Assembly (NCBI RefSeq): GCF_000621645.1
Contig: NZ_JHXR01000009.1
Span: forward strand, 30,001-62,000
Direction: 5' to 3'
Source of the DNA: Vibrio cholerae ATCC 14035
GTDB lineage: Bacteria; Pseudomonadota; Gammaproteobacteria; Enterobacterales; Vibrionaceae
DNA length: 32,000 nt
The translations under genes and the position numbers were made by a program. Shown one piece after another: positions 25,492-32,000 of this stretch. A model generated the notes under the pieces. The model searched no databases. It was not told the origin of the DNA and saw only the letters and a program-made list of their open reading frames with translations. Within the stretch, counting starts at the first letter, position 1; every line of letters starts with the position of its first letter.

Positions 25492-26121
25492 ATGAAACTC
25501 AGTGAGCAAAAACGGTTGGCGCTGATTGAAGCAGCAAAAGAAGAGTTTACCCAGTTTGGATTCCATGCAGCGAATATGGATCGCGTTTGCGAACGCGCAG
25601 GTACCTCAAAACGCACCTTGTATCGCCACTTTACCAGTAAAGAGTTGCTCTTTATTGAAGTGATCAATCTTCTGGTGGCACAGCCGCACAAGGTTGGTTT
25701 TGAGTATCAATCTACCCGTTCTCTTGCGGATCAGTTGCACGACTACTTTGCGGCAAAAATTGACCTACTGTATCGAACGATTGGCCTTGATGTGCTGCGG
25801 ATGATTGTGGGGGAATTTGTGCGCGATCCAGCCTTAACGCAGCAATATCTCGCGTTGATGGGGACTCAAGATACGGCGCTGACTGCGTGGCTGCAAGCTG
25901 CCATTAAGGATGGAAAACTGATTGAGAAAGAAGTGGCTCCCATGGCGACAACCTTGATGAATCTCTTTCATGGTCAGTTTTTATGGCCGCAGTTGCTGGC
26001 CGCGGTGGAGCTGCCTGATGCCAAACAGCAGCAAATCATGATGGATGAAATCATTCGTGTGTTTGTGTTGAGCTACGGTGTATCCTCTCCAAGTCATTTG
26101 AGTATAGAACTAAAGCCTTAG
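25492..26121 (+). CDS. TetR/AcrR-family transcriptional regulator
   Basis: N-terminal HTH (LIEAAKEEFTQFGFHAANMDRVCERAGTSKRTLYRHFTSKELLF). A GAGGA Shine-Dalgarno precedes the ATG. It lies directly upstream of the aldehyde dehydrogenase gene. Confidence 0.9.
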   Translation: MKLSEQKRLALIEAAKEEFTQFGFHAANMDRVCERAGTSKRTLYRHFTSKELLFIEVINLLVAQPHKVGFEYQSTRSLADQLHDYFAAKIDLLYRTIGLDVLRMIVGEFVRDPALTQQYLALMGTQDTALTAWLQAAIKDGKLIEKEVAPMATTLMNLFHGQFLWPQLLAAVELPDAKQQQIMMDEIIRVFVLSYGVSSPSHLSIELKP

Positions 26122-26153
26122 AGGCTAACGGATCACTGATGAGGAGTCTTGCC

Positions 26154-27605
26154 ATGTTACCGACCGATTTTCCATTTTTTCACCAAAGCGCCTTTATTAA
26201 TGGGCAGTGGATTTTAGGTGAGCCACAGGCAAGGCAAACGGTAACCAATCCGTTTGATGGCTCCCTCATTGGCTCTGTTCCTTTATTGAGTGCGGCTCAG
26301 GTGCAAGAAGCGATTGCCGGTGCGCAAGCGGCGCAAATTTTATGGTGCCAGCAACCCGCTGAAAATAAAGCAAAAATTTTGCGCCGTTGGTATGAGCTTA
26401 TTGAACAGCATCATGAATCATTGGCGAAGTTATTAACTATTGAACAAGGTAAACCGCTGGCAGAAGCCAGAGGAGAAATTCACTACGCCGCCAGTTTTGT
26501 TGAATGGTATGCCGAAGAGGCCAAACGTGCATATGGCGAGCTGATCCCATCCCATAAACCTGATGCGCGAATTATGGTTTCACGTCAGCCTGTTGGCGTT
26601 GTTGCCGCGATTACGCCTTGGAATTTCCCCGCCGCCATGATTACCCGTAAATGTGCCCCTGCCTTTGCAGCTGGTTGCGCTGTGGTTTTAAAACCAGCGC
26701 CGGATACGCCGTTCACGGCTTTAGCTTTGGCCGATCTTGCGCAGCAAGCGGGAATCCCTGATGGTTTATTGCAAGTGGTGACGGGCGATGCGATTGAAAT
26801 CGGGCGTGTACTGACGGAAAGCAAAACGGTACGCAAACTCTCATTTACTGGCTCAACCGGGGTTGGCAAGCTTTTGATGGCACAATCGGCCAATAACGTG
26901 AAAAAACTCTCGCTTGAGCTGGGAGGAAATGCGCCGTTTATTGTGTTCGAAGATGCGGACATTAATGCCGCGATTGATGGTGTGATGGTGGCGAAATTTC
27001 GTAATGCTGGACAAACTTGCGTGTGCGCTAACCGGATTTATGTGCATGACGCGGTATATGATCAATTTGCTGCCAAGTTGGTGGATCGGGTCAGCAGACT
27101 CAACGTCGGTTATGGTTTGGATGCCGGTGTAAACATCGGTCCGCTGATTAATGATGCCGCGGTTGCTAAAGTCACATCACATATAGTGGATGCCCAAAGC
27201 AAAGGAGCGAAAGTGATGTTTGGTGCGTTGCCTGAAGCGGGCAGCCGTTTATTCCAGCCACACGTGTTAACCGAAGTGACCGACGAAATGCGCGTTGCTG
27301 ACGAAGAAACCTTCGGCCCCTTGGCCGCACTGTTTCGTTTTAGCTCTGAGCAAGAAGTGATCGAGCGAGCCAATGCGACCGATTCGGGTTTGGCCGCTTA
27401 TTGTTATACCCAATCTTTGCGCCGGGCATGGCATATGAGTGAAGCACTTGAAGCGGGGATTGTCGGCATCAACGAAGGGTTGATTTCCACTACGTTAGCG
27501 CCTTTTGGTGGCATCAAAGAGTCGGGTCTTGGTAGAGAAGGGGCGAAACACGGCCTTGAAGAGTACCTTGAAGTCAAATATACCCTTATGGGTGGACTAG
27601 CTTAG
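26154..27605 (+). CDS. gabD: Succinate-semialdehyde dehydrogenase-like NAD(P)+ aldehyde dehydrogenase
   Basis: Collinear with E. coli GabD as I recall it (AAITPWNFPAAMITRK, LSLELGGNAPFIVF, FRNAGQTCVCANR, EETFGPLA, PFGGIKESGLGREG). The start is moved from 26139 to ATG 26154, which has GAGGAG 7 nt upstream. Confidence 0.9.
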   Translation: MLPTDFPFFHQSAFINGQWILGEPQARQTVTNPFDGSLIGSVPLLSAAQVQEAIAGAQAAQILWCQQPAENKAKILRRWYELIEQHHESLAKLLTIEQGKPLAEARGEIHYAASFVEWYAEEAKRAYGELIPSHKPDARIMVSRQPVGVVAAITPWNFPAAMITRKCAPAFAAGCAVVLKPAPDTPFTALALADLAQQAGIPDGLLQVVTGDAIEIGRVLTESKTVRKLSFTGSTGVGKLLMAQSANNVKKLSLELGGNAPFIVFEDADINAAIDGVMVAKFRNAGQTCVCANRIYVHDAVYDQFAAKLVDRVSRLNVGYGLDAGVNIGPLINDAAVAKVTSHIVDAQSKGAKVMFGALPEAGSRLFQPHVLTEVTDEMRVADEETFGPLAALFRFSSEQEVIERANATDSGLAAYCYTQSLRRAWHMSEALEAGIVGINEGLISTTLAPFGGIKESGLGREGAKHGLEEYLEVKYTLMGGLA

Positions 27606-27867
27606 GTTTGGGTGTTTGATTGCTCTGCACGTTCAGAGGTAACCATTTCAGCGGGCCATTGGTTTCAAAATCATTGGCGCGCTGACAAGAGAGATACACT
27701 TCACCGACTAAGATCACGGCGCCTTCTGAATAAGCCTGATCTTGGTAATAGCAGACCCGTTTAGCAATATCATCGCCGATCACGATCGGTAGTTTCGCTG
27801 GCGTCGGTGCAGCATGCAACGCGACACTGTAACTTAATGTCACGACTACCCCAATCAAAGTACGCAT
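27586..27867 (-). CDS. Small secreted two-cysteine protein (possibly DUF1496-like)
   Basis: 93 aa with signal peptide MRTLIGVVVTLSYSVALHA and a C-x22-C core (VCYYQDQAYSEGAVILVGEVYLSC). Its 3' end overlaps the gabD 3' end convergently by 20 nt. Confidence 0.6.
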   Translation of the reverse strand: MRTLIGVVVTLSYSVALHAAPTPAKLPIVIGDDIAKRVCYYQDQAYSEGAVILVGEVYLSCQRANDFETNGPLKWLPLNVQSNQTPKPKLVHP

Positions 27868-27911
27868 TGAAAACTCTCCATCCTCTGGTTATACCCAAAC
27901 TACCTGCAGCT

Positions 27912-28823
27912 TCAAGTAGCAAGGGTATATTCGCTAAACTGCCGCTGATAACGCGGCAACATACTTTCATTTCCCAGTAAACCGCCTTGGTGTAGATAAA
28001 GCAAGTTTCGGTCTGGGTTCTCGGTACGCCAAGCTGACAATAAACGCCACATCAGCGGGTCGTATAACAGATCAAATTCAATATGAGTTTGTGCCAGTAA
28101 CGCTTGCCATATCTGATAATCCTCCGGATAAAGATGACCGAAATAGTGCTTAGTCGTAGAGGTCAGAACCGTCGGGTGAGAGGTTTCACCGAGCATTAAA
28201 AACTGCTCACGTAAGTAGGATTCGTCACCCACACAAGGGCAGGTAATGACTTCAACACCGTGTGGTTGCAAATATTTGTGTAAGTAGAGCGCCGTGGTTC
28301 CGGTGCCGGAAGGCAGGGCGACCACCCAATCTGGCTGGGTTTGGTGGCGGAGCCATTCGAGCATTTCTAACGCTAGTTGTTTGATTCCCGGCTCTGCAAA
28401 TGGGCTGCGCGCACCTTCCTCAATCACCAAGCAATCGGTATTGGGCATGCGTTGTTGCTGAATAAATTCTCGTGGATGCTTAGCCCCTAGTGAGCGCGTT
28501 TCAATAATGGTCGCTCCCAATTCCAGCGCACCACGGTAGTTACCGATTGGATAACTTTTCAGCCACGCGGGAATATGGTCAACGTAAAACTCCAAGCGCC
28601 AACCGCGCAGTTTAGCAAGGGCTGCAAAAGAGTAGAGCGAGTTAGCTTGTGCCGAACCGTAGCTGATTAAGGTGGTGATGCCGGGAAAATCCCCTTCAAG
28701 CAACGCCATCAATTTGCGGGCTTTGTTACCACTGAAATGTGGATGAAGTTTGTCATCCCGTTTGAGGTAAAAGGTTTGCCCTGCAAAACGGTGTTCAGTG
28801 ATAGGTGATTGAGTGATCAGCAT
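27912..28823 (-). CDS. PLP-dependent ACC deaminase / D-cysteine desulfhydrase family protein
   Basis: Family motif FYLKRDDKLHPHFSGNKARKL and the glycine-rich loop VVALPSGTGTTA. The start is trimmed from 28937 to ATG 28823 (MLITQSPI...), because the tracked N-terminal 38 aa have no family counterpart. Confidence 0.85.
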   Translation of the reverse strand: MLITQSPITEHRFAGQTFYLKRDDKLHPHFSGNKARKLMALLEGDFPGITTLISYGSAQANSLYSFAALAKLRGWRLEFYVDHIPAWLKSYPIGNYRGALELGATIIETRSLGAKHPREFIQQQRMPNTDCLVIEEGARSPFAEPGIKQLALEMLEWLRHQTQPDWVVALPSGTGTTALYLHKYLQPHGVEVITCPCVGDESYLREQFLMLGETSHPTVLTSTTKHYFGHLYPEDYQIWQALLAQTHIEFDLLYDPLMWRLLSAWRTENPDRNLLYLHQGGLLGNESMLPRYQRQFSEYTLAT

Positions 28824-29012
28824 AAGAAAATCGAGCTCTGAATGGGGTCGCACATTATACGCAGTTCGATCGCAACGACTAGGGTTTGGATCAAACTCTC
28901 TCCGAGTGACCACCCTTATGACTGGCGGCCTAACCACTTATCGCCGTGCTCTAAGTCCTGAATTTTTGACTGAAAAATCGCCAATGAACCGACTTGAACA
29001 AAATAAACCAGA

Positions 29013-29047
29013 TAAAAAAACGCCCAAAACAATCTGGCTTTGGGCGT
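29013..29047 (-). terminator. Orphan rho-independent terminator in a 530-bp intergenic region
   Basis: Minus strand: a 9-bp stem ACGCCCAAA / TTTGGGCGT with a 10-nt loop, followed by a T tract (29014-29020 are A on the plus strand). No annotated gene ends here. Confidence 0.5.
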
Positions 29048-29296
29048 ACACAAGTATAGGAGTTAATAAAAAGGAAAAAGCAGCGTAATTGGTGACAGCG
29101 GGTCGAGAACCAAATTTGACGGCCAGTAAAACTCTCAAAGCTCTGTCAATCACGTCTATTCAGACTGGGCGTTTGGCAAAGAGTTCCAAAAGTTCGCAAA
29201 TTATTTTTAAATTTTTTTGTGGAAGACTTTTCATCGTGCTGCAAGCACTTAGCTGCATCTGGTCAGACCATGGCGAGAAAATGTGATGTTAATCGC

Positions 29297-29325
29297 TTGT
29301 TAATCAAATGTGGCGAGAGTATATT
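29297..29325 (+). promoter_or_regulatory. Candidate sigma70 promoter of the PsrA-like regulator / fadE unit
   Basis: TTGTTA (29297-29302), a 17-nt spacer, then TATATT (29320-29325). It lies immediately upstream of the operator-like palindrome. Confidence 0.45.
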
Positions 29326-29341
29326 TCAAACAGTTGTTTGA
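29326..29341. promoter_or_regulatory. PsrA-type operator candidate TCAAAC-AGTT-GTTTGA
   Basis: Perfect 6-bp inverted arms with a 4-nt spacer. It fits the PsrA box described in Pseudomonas as (G/C)AAAC-N2-4-GTTT(G/C). It lies between the -10 element and the regulator's ATG. Confidence 0.55.
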
Positions 29342-29355
29342 TACGAGTGATTGAA

Positions 29356-29982
29356 ATGGCATTACGCAGTAGTACTAAGGAAAAAATATTGGATGTAGCA
29401 GAAGGGCTGTTTGCGGAATACGGCTTCAATGATACCTCTTTGCGCACGATCACCAGTAAAGCGGGGGTGAACCTTGCGTCGGTCAACTACCATTTTGGTG
29501 ACAAAAAAACCTTAGTTCGAGCGGTACTCAATCGTTATCTCGAAGCTTTCATGCCGGAGATGAAACAGTCGCTTGAGCGGCTTAACGAGCGGGACGATTA
29601 CGATATGGCTGAAGTTTTTGAAGCGCTACGTGCTCCCTTGCGTTCGTTAAGCGAATTGCGCCCCAATGGCACCAGCCGTTTTATGCTGCTGATTGGCCGG
29701 GGTTATACCGATGTGCAGGGCCATCTCCGTTGGTTTATTACCAATCGCTATAATGATGTGCTAACCCTATTTACCGATTCCGTGCTTAAGGCGAACCCCA
29801 ACTTGACTCGCGAAACCTTGTTTTGGCGGTTGCATTTCACCTTAGGTACCTGCGTCTTTACCATGGCGTCGAGTCAAGCGTTGGCAGAGATTGCAGAAAA
29901 TGATTTTGGAAGCAAAGTTGATCCTAAGTCTGTGGTCGATCAACTGATTCCATACCTCGCGGCCGGTGTGGCGGCGAAATAA
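29356..29982 (+). CDS. TetR-family regulator, PsrA-like (fatty-acid-responsive repressor type)
   Basis: The HTH and flanks are very close to P. aeruginosa PsrA as I recall it (ILDVAEGLFAEYGFNDTSLRTITSKAGVNLASVNYHFGDKKTLVRAV; LFWRLHFTLG). The start is moved from 29308 to ATG 29356, because the promoter and operator lie inside the tracked extension. Confidence 0.85.
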   Translation: MALRSSTKEKILDVAEGLFAEYGFNDTSLRTITSKAGVNLASVNYHFGDKKTLVRAVLNRYLEAFMPEMKQSLERLNERDDYDMAEVFEALRAPLRSLSELRPNGTSRFMLLIGRGYTDVQGHLRWFITNRYNDVLTLFTDSVLKANPNLTRETLFWRLHFTLGTCVFTMASSQALAEIAENDFGSKVDPKSVVDQLIPYLAAGVAAK

Positions 29983-30037
29983 CTAACCGATTCATAACAA
30001 AAATAACAGTGTAACCAGTGAACAAAAGGATCTGAAT

Positions 30038-32000
30038 ATGAGCTCTCTACGCAGAAAATGGATCAGCGATCCCGCTTTCAAAATGTTTAAGAAAGTGCTT
30101 CCTCCTCTGTCACAAACCGAGAAAGAAGCGATGGAAGCGGGCAGTGTATGGTGGGATGGCGAACTGTTCTCTGGTAAGCCTGATTTCACCAAGCTGCACC
30201 ATTATCCGAAACCGACCTTGTCAGCGGAGGAGCAATCTTTCATCGACAACGAGTTGGAAACTCTGCTCGCTATGTTGGATGACTACAAGATAGTCAAACA
30301 AGATCGCGATCTCCCCAAAGAGGTGTGGGACTACCTACGTAAAGAGCGTTTCTTCTCGCTGATTATTTCCAAAGAGTATGGTGGCCGTGAGTTCTCGGCT
30401 CTGGCGAACTCGACCATAGTGTCACGCATTGCTACGCGCAGCATCAGCACCGCAGTAACAGTCATGGTACCGAACTCATTGGGCCCTGGTGAGCTGTTGT
30501 CACACTACGGTACCCAAGAGCAGAAAGATTACTGGCTGCCACGTTTGGCCGATGGCACCGATATTCCTTGCTTTGCATTGACAGGGCCGGAAGCGGGTTC
30601 GGATGCGGGCAGCATTCCTGACCAAGGCGTGGTCTGCTACGGCAAGCATGAAGGCAAAGACGTGCTGGGCATCCGTTTAAGCTGGAACAAGCGTTACATC
30701 ACGCTGGCACCAGTGGCGACTGTGCTGGGTCTTGCTTTCAAACTGAGTGATCCAGAGCATCTGCTTGGCGATAAAGAAGAGATTGGTATTACTTGTGCGC
30801 TAATCCCTGCCTCCCATGAAGGCGTAGAGATTGGCGAACGCCACGACCCACTAGGTTTGGCCTTTATGAACGGCCCAACCCGTGGCCAAGATGTGTTTAT
30901 CCCAATGGATTGGCTGATTGGTGGGGCGGATTACGCAGGTAAAGGCTGGCGCATGTTGGTGGAGTGTCTCTCGGCAGGACGTGGGATCTCCCTACCTGCA
31001 TTGGGTACCGCGATTGGCCACCTCACCGCTCGTACCACAGGCGCATATGGTTATGTGCGTAAGCAGTTTGGGATGTCGATTGGTAAATTTGAAGGTGTGG
31101 CGGAAGCCATGGGACGTATCGGCGGTTTAACCTACTTGCTGGAAGCGACCCGTACTTTGACCACCACCTCTTTGGATCTCAAAGAGAAACCAGGGATTGT
31201 CACGGCGATTGCCAAATACCACATGACGGAAATCGCGCGCACCATTTTGAATGATGCGATGGATATCCATTCTGGTCGTGCTATCCAAGATGGACCAATG
31301 AACTATCTGGCGACGCACTATCTCGGCGTACCCGTGGCAATCACGGTTGAAGGGGCGAACATTTTGACGCGTAACCTGATGATCTTCGGTCAAGGTGCGA
31401 CTCGTTGCCATCCTTATGTTCTCAAAGAGATGGAAGCGGCGGCCAACCCAGATCAACAAGAAGGGGCAAAAGCGTTTGATGAACTGCTGTTCAAGCACAT
31501 TGCCCACGCGACCAAAAACAGCTTTGGTGCTCTGTTTGCCGCACTGACGGGTTCACGCTTTATTAAAGCGAACATGAGTGGCCCCACACAAGACTACTAT
31601 AAGCAGATGACTCGCCTGAGCCGCGCTTTAGCGGTGAGTGCGGATGTGGCAATGCTCACCTTGGGTGGCGAGCTCAAACGTAAAGAGATGATTTCAGCAC
31701 GCTTAGGCGATGCACTGAGCTATCTGTACATGGGCTCGGCGGTACTGAAAAAGTATGAAGATGAAGGCCGCCATCAAGCGGATTTAGACTACGTACACTA
31801 TGCGATGCAGTACTGTTTACATCACGCGGCGAAATCGCTTAACCAAGCGTATCGTAACTACCCTGTGACTGGGGTCGGAGCCATCTTGAAAGGGCTGCTG
31901 TTCCCGCTAGGCAACCACTTTGCACCACCGAGTGATGAGTTAGCGGTCAAACTCGCAGAAAGTCTGATGACCCCTGGAGCGCATCGTGATCGTTTAACCG
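30038..32000 (+). CDS. fadE: Acyl-CoA dehydrogenase FadE, N-terminal ~654 aa; 3' end lies outside the window
   Basis: It is absent from the ORF track because no stop falls within the window. My translation from ATG 30038 (AAGGA 7 nt upstream) gives [50 protein letters not shown]... It is collinear with E. coli FadE ([43 protein letters not shown]; [26 protein letters not shown]). An in-frame stop at 29984 excludes a longer N-terminus. Confidence 0.95.
   Translation, partial: [654 protein letters not shown]

Noticed and set aside
27586-27605. 20-nt convergent overlap between gabD and the small secreted-protein gene, considered as a possible antisense regulatory arrangement
   Set aside because: Short convergent 3' overlaps are common. 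There is no additional structure here to suggest regulation.
28813-29486. ORFs 28813-29088 (+), 28938-29153 (-), 29089-29286 (+) and 29304-29486 (-)
   Set aside because: They overlap each other, lack Shine-Dalgarno sequences, run through the terminator hairpin or the regulator's promoter and operator, and have no recognisable protein features.
30918-31507. ORFs 30918-31130 (+) and 31127-31507 (-)
   Set aside because: Both lie inside the fadE reading frame that the track missed. They are off-frame or antisense artefacts.
1-32000. Search for CRISPR arrays, integron VCR-type repeats, IS elements or transposases, and rRNA
   Set aside because: I saw no regularly spaced direct repeats, no transposase-like ORFs and no rRNA-like sequence. 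The only repeat family noted is the GTAATAC motif next to int.

Overview
This window looks like Vibrio, most consistent with Vibrio cholerae chromosome 1. That call rests on gene order recalled from memory, not on any search. The window has two parts.

(1) Positions 1-12057 are the integrase-proximal end of a low-GC genomic island inserted at the 3' end of a tRNA-Ser(GGA) gene. From left to right it carries:
- the 3' two-thirds of a type I restriction hsdR gene, whose ORF runs off the left edge;
- a translationally coupled four-gene operon that I read as a type I Zorya anti-phage system: zorA (MotA/ExbB-like channel with a ~490-aa coiled-coil tail), zorB (MotB/OmpA-like), zorC, and zorD (SNF2 helicase fused to an Mrr-type nuclease);
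- a decayed 3' fragment of a second integrase;
- an intact P4-type integrase, followed by an AT-rich arm packed with GTAATAC repeats.

(2) Positions 12058-32000 are ordinary core genes:
- tRNA-Ser;
- an RND efflux pair (adaptor plus permease);
- pqiABC;
- an MscS-family channel;
- a three-gene envelope cluster containing a POTRA-less Omp85-type barrel;
- TetR plus a gabD-like aldehyde dehydrogenase;
- a small secreted protein;
- an ACC-deaminase/D-cysteine-desulfhydrase-family enzyme;
- a PsrA-like TetR regulator with a matching operator palindrome;
- the 5' ~1.96 kb of fadE, which is missing from the ORF track because it runs off the right edge.

The standout system is Zorya. It is a described family (Doron et al. 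2018), so I do not claim it as new. Its coupling mechanism is only partly understood, and this copy sits directly behind a type I R-M gene in a tRNA-linked defence island.

I saw no CRISPR array, rRNA, transposase or integron repeats. All functional calls come from motif and architecture recognition by eye. No HMM or BLAST search was possible.
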